Assembly: GCF_006345805.1 (NCBI RefSeq)
Contig: NC_043000.1
Location: 14,756,001 to 14,820,000, forward strand
DNA from: Octopus sinensis
Lineage: Eukaryota
DNA: 64,000 nucleotides
Direction: 5' to 3'
The notes beneath the pieces were generated by a model that was not told where the DNA came from, searched no databases, and worked only from the letters and a program-made list of their open reading frames with translations. The position numbers were made by a program, and so were the translations under genes. This document shows, in pieces, positions 13,331-24,112 of the stretch; within the stretch, counting starts at the first letter, position 1, and every line of letters begins with the position of its first letter.

Positions 13331-13570
13331 AGGGCAGCAAGCTGGCAGAATTGTTAGCACACTGGGTGAAATGCTTAGCGGTATTTCATCTGCTGGTATT
13401 TCATTCCGAGTTCAAATTCTGCTGAGGTTGACTTAGCCTTTCATCCTTTCGGGGTCGATTAAATAAGTACCAGTTACACATTGGGGTCGATGTAATCGAC
13501 TTAATCTCTTTATCTGTCCTTGTTTGTCCCCTCTATGTTTAACCCCCTGTGGGCAATAAAGAAAGAAATA
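13331..13570 (+). mobile_element. SINE family S2
   Basis: aaggcggcgagctggcagaa...gagttcaaattc...ggggtcgat...aagaaata consensus. Confidence 0.8.
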
Positions 13571-13596
13571 TTAGGAATTGATGAAGTAGCTAATGT

Positions 13597-13983
13597 GGAT
13601 GGAAGCACTCCGTCGGTTACGACGACGAGGGTTCCGGTTGATCCGAATCAATGGAACAGCCTGCTTGTGAAATTAACGTGTAAGTGGCTGAGCACTCCAC
13701 AGACACGTGCACCCTTAACGTAGTTCTCGGGGATATTCAGCGTGACACAGAGAGTGACAAGGCCGGCCCCTTGAAATACAGGTACAACAGAAACAGGAAG
13801 TAAGAGAAAGTTGTGGTGAAAGAGTACAGCAGGGATCACCACCATCCCCTGCCGGAGCATCGTGGAACTTTTTTAGGTGTTTTCGCTCAAGAAACACTCA
13901 CAACGCCCGGTCTGGGTATCGAAACCGCGATCCAATGACCGCGAATCCGCTGCCCTAACCACTGGGCCATTGCGTCTCCACAT
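13597..13983 (-). mobile_element. tRNA-derived SINE family S3
   Basis: Head tggagacgcaatggcccagtggttaggg...tttcgat (A/B boxes); 11-bp TSD gtagctaatgt (13586-13596 / 13984-13994). Confidence 0.9.
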
Positions 13984-14330
13984 GTAGCTAATGTACAGTG
14001 TTTCTGATTACTGCTTATGCTTCTCTATTTGGGCCTTGTTATGTTTTATTGCAATTGTTTTGTTTTGATTGGAGTAAAAATGTACCAACTTTCATTTTAC
14101 CATGGGAAGTCATCTGTGTAAAAGAAACATTTGTACAAGCAAAAGAGGCAGATGTTGTTATTGCTTAACTGCAGAACTTGATCCAGTAGATCTGTGATCA
14201 AATGCATTCCGATCATAAGGATCTTGTCTTTATTTCAGATATAGTGAAGATTTGTTTTACATTTGTTGTCTTAGAACTATTCTGATCATTGGCATCAGGT
14301 TACTGTTTGCAATCAGGATACGATCTGGAC

Positions 14331-14362
<32 letters not shown>

Positions 14363-14365
14363 ATA

Positions 14366-14590
14366 TAGGGTTGTCCAGAAAGTTTGTGCCGATTTTTAGT
14401 AGCTTACCTTTCAACTTACCCTCCCAGGCACCTCAATTCTGGGAAGAGGGTATTTTCAAGTTAAAGGAAAGATGGAGATGCATTGTGCAACAAAATGGTT
14501 CATATTTGGTTGATTAAAAATGTAATGGCAAGTATTTATTGACCATTTTCTTACCTTTAAAAATCGGCATGAACTTTCTGGACAACCCTA
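14366..14590 (+). mobile_element. Internally deleted mariner (Tc1/mariner) element
   Basis: 31-bp TIRs (14368-14398 / 14558-14588, 29/31 match) flanked by TA. 14434-14517 encodes QFWEEGIFKLKERWRCIVQQNGSYLVD*, a mariner transposase C-terminus (GIxKLxERW...NGxY). Confidence 0.9.
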
Positions 14591-14609
14591 TATATATATA
14601 TATATATAT

Positions 14610-15011
14610 AAACATAGTAAAAAGGGTAATAAAATAAATTCTTATTACCGGTGATCTAGCACAAAAGACAAATTAGCCATTAGGCTATATGTTATTCATA
14701 TATAAGTACATTAAAAGGCCTCTAAAAGAAGAAGCAAGTACTAGATACACAAAAAGTAGATAAATTCAATGAAATGAAAATCAAAAACGTTTACAAACTC
14801 GGCTCATCTTATACTGCAGTTTCGTCTTTTTTTTAACAGAAAAGTATAATTTATTTGCCAAGGCTAGACTCTTCAGTAAGCAGCCTTTGTTATCCTAGAA
14901 GTACATATCGTTAGAAGCATGTGCGGTTCTACCGACTTGCATTCTCTAACTTTTCGGACCATTGCGCAGACGCAAAATATACCCGGCGAACAGAATGTAC
15001 TTTAATGTACT

Positions 15012-15020
<9 letters not shown>
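14610..15020 (-). mobile_element. Probable Penelope-like element terminal fragment
   Basis: (TA)n-bounded segment containing the hammerhead at 14808-14880; no coding remnant recognised. Confidence 0.4.
14808..14880 (-). ncRNA. Minimal type-I hammerhead ribozyme (Penelope-like element type)
   Basis: Minus strand reads CUUA-CUGAAGA-GUCU-(38 nt)-AGAC-GAA-ACUGCAGU-A/UAAG. This gives a full catalytic core, G10.1-C11.1, a 4-bp stem I, palindromic stem III and a GUA cleavage triplet. Confidence 0.75.
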
Positions 15021-15047
<27 letters not shown>

Positions 15048-15607
15048 ACAAAAACTATCAACTATTTCTAGTGAGCCATCCGATATTTTACAGAATTTAT
15101 TTCATGTGTATCTTACTACTAAATATTAATGATCTGTAAGGACACCACATTTCTATAGAATATCTTACTACTAAATACTCATCCTCATTTCCAATCATTT
15201 TCATCATGGCTTGATATGAACTGGGGTGCTTGTATTTATCTTTTATATCTTTTGCATGTTTCACTCATTGGATTGCAGTCATACTGGGAGTCACCTTAAA
15301 GGGTTTTAGTTGAACAAACCGACACCAGAACTTCTTTTTTTTTTTTTTGAAGTTTGCTACTTAATATATTGGTCTCATTTGCTGAACCACTAAGTTATGG
15401 GGACATAAACAAACCAACAGCGTCATCAAGCAGCAGTGGAAGGTGACAAAGACACACACATACAAACATACATTAAGCATGATAGATTTCTGTATTTCTA
15501 TATACTCAAAACATCAGATATTTCTTTTATTTCTTGGAATGAGATTCTAATAACTATAATTTACAGATACACATGTATGCATGTACATGAGTGTGTGTGT
15601 GTGTGTT

Positions 15608-15666
<59 letters not shown>

Positions 15667-15774
15667 AAAATTGAACAAATAGTCAAGAATGAGTACGTTT
15701 AGACAGCTATTTAATAAACACTATACATGTGGACAAGCTCTACTTTGTACTCTAATACATTCCTAACAGAATAC

Positions 15775-15810
<36 letters not shown>

Positions 15811-15907
15811 GGAGTAAACACATAAATGTGAAACAAGGTGGAAAAAAGAGTACTCAAATACCAGTGGTAGAGTAATATGCTTTATTTTAAGCAGCAGAAA
15901 ATTCAAC

Positions 15908-15953
15908 AAAATCTGTTACTCTGAGTTTCTCGTTGCCGTTCATCAGACAGTTT
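15908..15953 (-). ncRNA. Minimal type-I hammerhead-like fold, minus-strand arm of inverted repeat
   Basis: Exact reverse complement of the core at 15959-16004. Confidence 0.65.
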
Positions 15954-15956
15954 ATC

Positions 15957-16004
15957 AAAAACTGTCTGATGAACGGCAACGAGAAACTCAGAGTAACAGA
16001 TTTT
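15957..16004 (+). ncRNA. Minimal type-I hammerhead-like fold, plus-strand arm of inverted repeat
   Basis: AAAA-CUGU-CUGAUGA-A-CG-GCAA-CG-A-GAA-ACUCAGAGU-A/ACAG-AUUU. Stem I is CUGU/ACAG, stem III is self-complementary, and the site is GUA. Positions 10.1/11.1 are a non-canonical A-A. Confidence 0.65.
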
Positions 16005-16031
16005 GTTGAATTTTCTGCTGCTTAAAATAAA

Positions 16032-16080
<49 letters not shown>

Positions 16081-16869
16081 TATACACCTATGCTTTTTTT
16101 ATACTGAATGCTCTTCCTGTTGCTAACCTTTACCTGTTTTTCCAGTAAGAGATTTTTTAAAATTCTACTTGTAACAAATCAGAAAAGTGCTGAGCTACAG
16201 GTTTTTGTCTACTGAGGATGTAAACATAACCTCACCATTTTGTCCAATGCTATGGAAAGACAATTTGAATGAAAACTTTCTCACACACACACACACACAC
16301 ACTCCTTCTCTTTCACTCCCTTCCTCCCCCTTTTCCTCTCTCTTTCTCACTCCCACACATGCATTCACAAACAATTGAAATCAGTTGTAGATTTCTAATT
16401 CATAGTTAACAACTCTTGGTGTAAGTGATGGTTTAATAGTAAATTGTGGGTGTGGAGTTAAATGCTTTTTCTGTGTGTGTGTGTGTGTTTTAATTTAACA
16501 ATACAGAAGTATTGTTAAACTGAGGGAAACAAAGGTTTGTTTTGTTTGAGGATTTTAAAATGGGAATGAAATTTGGACATATTGATGTTACAAAAGTCAT
16601 ATTGACGTTAAAAAAACAAAGAAAATCCTTGAGCGTGTAAAAAATTCAATAGAATATTCTTATTCATTTATAGATGCATGGTACTTGAAAGTAAAAACTG
16701 TAGTATGTCAGTGATAAAAAAATAAAGTAAGAAAAAAAGAATAATGGAATTGTTTCAGTGAGTAAAAGTGGTAGTCTCTCAGTGGTTAGATTTGAAAAGA
16801 ACCATGGGAAAAGTATCCATGCTGAAAATACATTTGTTATATTAAACATTTTTGAAAGGGGTTCACCCT

Positions 16870-17068
16870 TTAACCCTTTTGTTACTGTGTTTATTTTGAG
16901 ATGCTCTGTGGTTTCTTTCAGTTTCTTTTAAATATAACAAAGAATTTAGTAAAATAACTTAGTTATCATTCAGACAGTGTTAGGAACATAAACTGTGACT
17001 AAGGTTTGGTGGAAGATTTTAATTTAAAACTTATGAAAACAAGACATTACTACCAGCCGGGCTGGTAT
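16870..17068. mobile_element. Second TTAA-flanked MITE family, truncated by a retroelement
   Basis: TTAA|cccttttgttactgt start; body matches 60896-61107. Confidence 0.65.
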
Positions 17069-17365
17069 CATCATCATCATCATCGTTTAACGTCCGCTTT
17101 CCATGCTAGCATGGGTCGGACGAATGACTGAGGGCTGGCAAACCAGATGGCTGCACCAGGCTTCAATCTTGATCTGGCAGAGTTTCTACAGCTGGATGCC
17201 CTTCATAACGCCAACCACTCCGAGAGTGTAGTGGGTGCTTTTTACGTGCCACCAGCACGGGGCCAGTCAGGCAGTACTGGCAATGACCTTGCTGGAATCT
17301 TTTTATACATGCCGCCAGCACAGGTGCCAATAAGGCGATGCTGGTAACGATCACACTCGGATGGT
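17067..17365 (-). mobile_element. Family S4, subfamily b
   Basis: Diagnostic gatcaagatt...gccatctggtt...ccagccctcagtc variant. Confidence 0.8.
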
Positions 17366-18019
17366 GTCTCTGAAAGTTTGCAGGCATGGTTGCGTGGTTA
17401 AGAAGCTCACTCTTCAACCATGTGGTTTCAGGTTCAGTCCCACTAAGTGGTACCTTGGGCAAGTGTCTTCTACTTATAGTAGAAGACACTTGCCCAAGGT
17501 ACCACTGAACCAGTCGGTGTGAATTGTGTGTTTTTCTGTTTGTTCTCTTTTTCCCTTCAAACTGCTTGACGGCCAGTGTTGGTCTGTTTACGCCCTTGTA
17601 ACTTAGCAGTTCAATGAAAGTGACTGGTGGAATAAGTACCAGAGTATTTTTTTTAAAAAAAGTAAGTATTGGGGTTGATTGTTTGACTAAACCTTTCTAA
17701 GTGATTCCCCAGCATGGCTGCAGATCAGGGACTGAAACAAGTAAAAGATAAAATCAAATTGATAAAGACGTGTGCATGTGGGTGTCTGTGTACACACACA
17801 CACACGCACACCAGTATTTGAAATAGAACAGAAGTACCATATTTGACAAGACACACTCTTTCAGCTCTCTTACAAAGAAGCTGTATATCTAGTAAAGTTT
17901 CCACAAAAAGGTGGCAAGCTGGCAGAAACAGTGCGCCGGGTGAAATGCTTGCTTGTATTTCATCTGTCTTTGTGTTCTGAGTTCAAATTCCGCTGAAGTC
18001 GACCTTTCCTTTTGCATAG

Positions 18020-18405
18020 GCATAGGAGTGGCTGTGTGGTAAGTAGCTTGCTTACCAACCACCACATGGTTCCTGGTTCAGTCCCACTGTGTGGCACCTT
18101 GGGCAAGTGTCTTCTACTATAGCCTCGGGCTGACCAAAGCCTTGTGGATGGATTTGGTAGACAGAAACTGAAAGAAGCTCGTCGTATATATATGTGTGTA
18201 TGTGTATATATGTATGTATGTGTCAGTGTATATGTGTGTGTGTCTGTATTTGTCCTCCAACATCGCTTAGCTGTTCAGCAAAAGATACCGATAGAATAAA
18301 TACTAGGCTTACAAAGAATAAGTCCTGGGGTCGATTTGCTCGACTAAAAGACAGTGCCCCAGCATGGCCACAGTCTAATGACTGAAACAAAGTAAAAGAT
18401 AAAAA
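18020..18405 (+). mobile_element. SINE family S1
   Basis: Full head-body-tail match to other copies; follows an S2 fragment (17908-18015). Confidence 0.85.
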
Positions 18406-18856
18406 TATGTAAATATTTTGATAGAAAACCCATTAGAATTGTGTCTGGATATTGGAATTATAAAATATAAAATGCTGCACCTAAGCCATTTTATAACAGC
18501 TTTAGAGAAAGAGTGTGAAGATAAATTCATTATGATAAAGCTAAAATGGGGAAGATTATGAGATTTCAAAACAATTTATAATGGTTGTGTAGGTAAGAAT
18601 CTTGCTTTAGCACCTTGTGTTTTCCGGTTCAGTCCCACTGTGCAGCACCTTAGACAAGTGTTTTTTGCTATAGCCTCTGGCTGACCAATGTTTCATGAGT
18701 GATAGAATAAGTGTCAAACTTGAAAATAGATATTGGGGTTGATTTGTTCCAAAGTATTGCTCCAGCATGATTAAAGTTCAGTGACTAGAATAAGTAAAAG
18801 ATAAATGCAAAAATGAAATTCATAAAAAGTGTGTGTGCATGTGTGCCTGTATATAC

Positions 18857-18914
<58 letters not shown>

Positions 18915-18918
18915 GTAT

Positions 18919-19588
18919 TTAACCTTTTAGCTTCCAGATTTCTCTGTCAAATGTAGTGCATATTTACATACACTGTTTTGAATTTAATCCTGCATTATCA
19001 CCTATACTCTTTTACTTGTTTCAGTCATTTGACTGTGGCCATGCTGGAGCACCGCCTTTAGTCGAGCAAATCGACCCCCAGGACTTATTCTTTGTAAGCC
19101 TAGTACTTATTCTATCGGTCTCTTTTGCCGAACCGCTAAGTTACGGGGGCGTAAACACACCAGCATCGGTTGTCAAGCGATGTTGGGGGACAAACACAGA
19201 CACCCAAACATATAACACACACATACATACACACGCACACACACACACACACATATATATATGTATATGTATATATGTATATATATATACATATATACGA
19301 TGGGCTTCTTTCAGTTTCCGTCTACCAGATCCACTCACAAGGCTTTGGTCGACCCGAGGCTATAGTAGAAGACACTTGCCCAAGGTGCCACGCAGTTTGA
19401 ATGAACCCGGAACCATGTGGTTCGTAAGCAAGCTACTTACCACACAGCCACTCCGACGATGTGATAATTTATCTTTAGAACGACATAGTGGTTTATGTAG
19501 GTGGCTGAAGCTGAATCGGGTCAATTTGAACATAAAACAGGTGGAATATTTTGGCTGGATATGGCTAGTTTAAATGCTAAAGGGTTAA
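18919..19588. mobile_element. TTAA-flanked piggyBac-like MITE with a nested SINE
   Basis: TTAA|ccttttagc ... gctaaaggg|TTAA; a SINE (19004-19454) lies inside. Confidence 0.7.
19004..19454 (-). mobile_element. SINE family S1
   Basis: Full-length match. Confidence 0.85.
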
Positions 19589-20269
19589 AGTAGAACAGAA
19601 GTTATCATATCTGAGACAACTCAATCTTTCAGTTGTCTTACAAAGAAGCTGTTTATTTGGTTAAGTTTCTACAAATTACTTAAAATAAAACTGGCACATT
19701 TTAAAGCATGTCAAGTTATTACCTGGTCAAATCAAATTAATTGTATATATATTATATGTGTGTAAGCTAACATTTTTATTGATATCCATTAGAATTATCT
19801 GGACAGTGGAGTTATAAAATGAAAAAAAAATGCTATACCTCACCATTATATAATGGTGTAAAGGGAAAATTGGAGATAATACATTGGAATAAAAGCTACA
19901 AAGAAGATTGAGATGGTGGTGGTGTGTGTGTATAAAGAACAGTAACTAACTGGAGGAAGAAGGTATATCATAAGCCTTATTATATACCAGGTTGGAAATA
20001 TCAAAAGATACACAGAAGTGATGCTGATGAAGAATTTTGGATAATTTAAAGGTGTACAACCCCCAAATTTGATTAAATAATGTTGATGACTATTTGTTTG
20101 TGTGGTGCAGTAAATAATCTCTAGCATGAAATTAATGAAGCAAAATAAAAATAATAAAAACTACCTACATTTAGTAGTAATTTAGCCTCTCTCTCTCTCT
20201 CTCCCTCTGCTGAGGAAAGCAAGTTGCTTGATAAGAAGAACTACATAGGAAGTTCTTTCTATGTTCAAG

Positions 20270-20566
20270 AACAACAACGGCCAATGCCAGCGCCGCCTTG
20301 ACTGGCTTCCTTGCCGGTGGCACATAAAAAGCACCAACCGATCGTGCACGTTGCCAGCCTCCCCTGGCACCTGTGCTGGTGGCACATAAAAAGTACCCCC
20401 TACACTCGCGGAGTGGTTGGCGTTAGGAAGGGCATCCAGCCGTAGAAATACTGCCAGATCAGACTGGAGCCTGGTGCAGCCTCCTGGCTTCCCAGACCTC
20501 AGTCGAACCGTCCAACCGATGCTAGCATGGAAACGGATGTTAAACAACAATGATGATGATGATGAT
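20270..20566 (+). mobile_element. Family S4
   Basis: Shared 3' end, (GAT)n. Confidence 0.8.
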
Positions 20567-21125
20567 TGAGAAATAAGAAAAAATTACAGCTGCATTGTTT
20601 GATAAATTTCTACTAGTTGAAGGCTTTTGTTGAGTCTCCATGGTTACAGTTAATACTTCAAAATTCACCTGGTAGAGTGTTAAATTAGTGCTACTTTAGC
20701 ATGTGATCTACAACTTCAAGGGCAATTTCTTTAGGTTAGTTTTTAGTTTCTTCACATTGCAAAACTCACATGGCTGCCAGACTTGTGTGATCTATGTGCT
20801 TATTTTAATTATTTATTGTTTTTTGGTTTCTTATTATTATTATTTACTAAATATAAATGAAACCTGGTTTTATTATTCTTAAAAATTGTAAGAATTTTGA
20901 GAAAATACATTTACAATGCTAAGTATGAGCAAAAGAGTTTATTGTAAAACAACTTTAGCAAACATGCTAAGTGTTTTTAGAAATTGAAAAGTAAACCAAA
21001 AGTAACCCTTTAGGTTATAGACCACATGCCAAAGTAGCACCATTAAATCTGATTTAGGAAAAGTAACACTTTCCCCACATCACAAGATTAGGAGCTGTAG
21101 ATAATGCCTTTTAGAGCCACATACG

Positions 21126-21530
21126 CTCTTTTACTCTTTTACTTGTTTCAATCATGTGACTGTGGCCATGCTGGAGCACTGCCTTTAGTTGAGCAAATCA
21201 ACCCTAGAACTTATTCTTTGTAAGCGTAGTACTTATTCTATCGGTGTCTTTTGCCGAACTGCTAAGTTATGGGGCTGTAAACACACCAGTATCGGTTGTC
21301 AAGCGATGTTGTGGGGACAAACACAGACACACAAACTTATACATACACATATATGTATACATATATACGACGGGCTTCTTTCAGTTTCCTTCAACCAAAT
21401 CCACTCACAAGGCTTTGGTCAGCCTGAGGCTATTGTAGAAGACACTTGCCCAAGGTGCCACGCAGTGGGACTGAACCCGGAACCATGTGGTTCGTAAGCA
21501 AGCTACTTACCACACAGCCACTCCTGCGCC
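21126..21530 (-). mobile_element. SINE family S1
   Basis: Full-length match. Confidence 0.85.
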
Positions 21531-21939
21531 TCAGTTCACAAATCATGGCTTGCTCACCTTTGCTCCACACACGCATGCACATGTATATAGAGGATCTCTA
21601 ACAGTTTCAACTGTGAGTATTCCAGTTCTTTGATCATCTGAACTGCCTACTCATTAAATCAATCTAAAATGGCCCTGAATTCCACAGACACATGTACTCT
21701 TAATGTAATTCTAAGGCAGAATCATTGCAAGATACTGTGGAACTAGGTTGTCCTTTAGAATTATTAATCCGGCCTGTGACAGATTCTGTCTTAAAGATGC
21801 TATCAACCCAATGTTGTTGGACCCTCATATTGCAAGGCAAACTTCTTAATGCTACGGTCATGCATTACCCATGTACACACACACACACACCTGACTGTTT
21901 TATTGAAATAATAATAATAATATCATGTTCGTTGTTTTG

Positions 21940-22425
21940 TCTTGGTATAAAAGATGGGCTACAGTAAATATTCAGCCCAATACCACAGATTTGCTTGTCA
22001 GTTGTTTGACCTTAACCAGTTGAGCATGTCCCTTAGTGGCTGACGATATGTGCATCTCTGATCACGAGCAAGATTAGTAGGGGAGCATTATAGCCATGTG
22101 CTGAGATGGATTCTTTGGCGTTTAAATAATTCTCCTTTGGAAATTCTGTTGTTTCTTTCAGCATCCTTAAACAAATCCTTATTCAGGGACCTTTTGAGTG
22201 GGATGGGCTACTCGACCTGAAGAAAATTCTAACAGCCCCATCTGCAAGGTCATGCGCTGTTTATCTTGATCAGAGATTGCCATGTCATGCACATGTGGTT
22301 GTAATGCATGTGCCTGGTGTACCCTTATCAGACGGGTAGTCATGATGGGTATACTGGGCTTCGTATATTTTACCCCAGTGTCACTTTGATGGCATTGCAC
22401 AGCTCTCTCAATAATAATAATAATA
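21940..22425 (+). mobile_element. Probable non-LTR retroelement 3' end with (AAT)n tail
   Basis: GC-richer block ending in caataataataataat; single copy in this window, family not identified. Confidence 0.35.
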
Positions 22426-22501
22426 ATTTTTTTTTTTTACAAATGCTGTCCAATGTGTTTTGAGATTTTAATTTATCAACTTCATTATCTTCAGGCAGAG
22501 T

Positions 22502-22532
<31 letters not shown>

Positions 22533-22644
22533 ATGAAGGAAGACATAATGAGTGGTGAGGTTAATGAGCGTCACTGACAAGTTAAATGACAGTTATGTAT
22601 GACGGGTGGCAGCATGGAGGGCCACAGAATCACCTTAATATATA

Positions 22645-23013
22645 GGTTACGACGATGAGGGTTCCGGTTGATCCGAATCAACGGAACAGCCTGCTCGTGA
22701 AATTAACGTGTAAGTGGCTGAGCACTCCACAGACACGTGCACCCTTAACGTAGTTCTCGGGGATATTCAGCGTGACACAGAGAGTGACAAGGCCGGCCCT
22801 TTGAAATACAGGTACAACAGAAACAGGAAGTAAGAGTGAGAGAAAGTTGTGGTGAAAGAGTACAGCAGGGATCACCACCATCCCCTGCCGGAGCCTCGTG
22901 GAGCTTTTAGGTGTTTTCGCTCAATAAACACTCACAACGCCCGGTCTGGGAATCGAAACCCCGATCCTACGACCGCGAGTCCGCTGCCCTAACCACTGGG
23001 CCATTGCGCCTCC
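22645..23013 (-). mobile_element. SINE family S3 between 121-bp direct repeats
   Basis: Near-identical to the other S3 copies; flanks 22524-22644 and 23014-23134. Confidence 0.9.
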
Positions 23014-23413
23014 TGTGTGAATATGAAGGAAGACATAATGAGTGGTGAGGTTAATGAGCGTCACTGACAATTTAAATGACAGTTATGTATGACAGGTGGC
23101 AGCATGGAGGGCCACAGAATCACCGTAATATATAACAGCATGAGGTAAAAGAACATTAAAACAATCACTATTACCATTTACCACGCACGCACGCGCGGCT
23201 GAGTTTTTGATCATAAATCTTCGAAGCACAGTAAACATGATATAACGAAGAACAAAATCTTATGGAATGTAAAATGCCCACACCAGCCCGCCCGCACGTG
23301 GAATTAAGTCGAATTATGTGTGCCATTATCGTAAATATGTTTACACGCAAGCATACCTATCTTTACAGTAAACATGGTTATATAATCTTATGGTATTTCA
23401 TTTTGCTTTTTAG

Positions 23414-23493
23414 ACGGCGAACATCACTTTGTTAACTTGGATGAAAAAATTCACAAACAAGCAACAAAAGGATGGAAGTCTGGACGAGGGGAG
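23414..23493 (+). CDS. FRMD6: Expanded/FRMD6-family FERM protein, first recognisable coding exon (FERM F1 end): (D)GEHHFVNLDEKIHKQATKGWKSGRGE
   Basis: tttttag| acceptor and GAG|gtaagc donor; 80 nt = 2+78. The peptide resembles the FERM F1 end of fly Expanded (DGEYMFADPESKLSK...W) and FRMD6, as recalled. It is in phase with the next exon. Confidence 0.85.
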
Positions 23494-23680
23494 GTAAGCA
23501 ATGATTGACTTCTCGGAAGCTTATTTCTAAAATGAGAAATTTATTTTTTTTCATCTATATTCATATAAATACTAAATATTGGTTCCTTTTAGCAGGTATC
23601 ACAGTAAATGGTTTCTCACCTTTACCTGGGAGCTTATACATGTTCCCTTTAGGGAACTTTGGCTCAGTCATACAAGTCAC

Positions 23681-23976
23681 CATCATCATCGTTTAACGTC
23701 CACTTTCCATGCTAGCATGGGTTGGACGATTTTGACTGAGGGCTGGCGAACCAGATGGCTGCACCAGGTTCCAATCTTGATCTGGCAGAGTTTCTACAGC
23801 TGGATGCCCTTCATAACGCCAACCACTCCGAGAGTGTGTTGTGGGTGCTTTTTACGTGCCACCGGCATGGGGGCCAGACAGGCAGTACTGACAATGACCT
23901 CGCTCGAATCTTTTTACACATGCCAGTGAAGCGACGTTGGTAACGATCACGCTCGTTGGTGCCTTTTACGTGCCAC
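23681..23976 (-). mobile_element. Family S4, subfamily b
   Basis: Shared 3' end. Confidence 0.8.
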
Positions 23977-24112
23977 AGTAATTTAACATAATTGATATAA
24001 AACCTTACCCTCTTGTACACACAGAGAAATATGTTCACACGTAAACAGAGGGGGAAAGAGATAATGAGAGAAACCTGAAGATGTCTGCTGTGAAATAAGT
24101 CAGTATCACATC

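Larger units (their letters stand above)
15808..16033. mobile_element. Penelope-like element terminal-repeat (pLTR) fragment with inverted partial copy
   Basis: Unique sequence bounded by (TA)n on both sides, with perfect 74-bp inverted arms (15880-15953 / 15959-16032) carrying hammerhead cores. The PLE assignment is inferred from the ribozyme type and inverted-repeat structure; no ORF is present. Confidence 0.55.

Noticed and set aside
13520-13897. Recurrent ORFs VVIPAVLFHHNFL...LVTLCVTLNIPENYVKG (also 22678, 44017, 58513) and YIYIYI/THTHTH ORFs
   Set aside because: These are translations of S3/S1 SINEs and microsatellites.
13940-13983. tRNA genes at SINE heads (also 23013, 28890, 44380, 58850 and S1 heads)
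   Set aside because: A/B-box similarity only. They run into SINE bodies with TSDs and do not give a full cloverleaf.
17865-17906. Apparent coding constraint: 17865-17906 and 19633-19674 both read LSYKEAVYLVKF with mostly synonymous differences after a tttcag
   Set aside because: Both are parts of a non-coding local duplication. There are no proper donors (one is cut by a SINE, the other hits a stop) and no FERM similarity. It is likely chance, though RNA-seq would settle it.
24071-24100. Other CTGANGA hits (2152, 7694, 20024, 24075, 50964) as hammerheads
   Set aside because: They lack a paired stem II followed by GAAA, stem III and a UH site.
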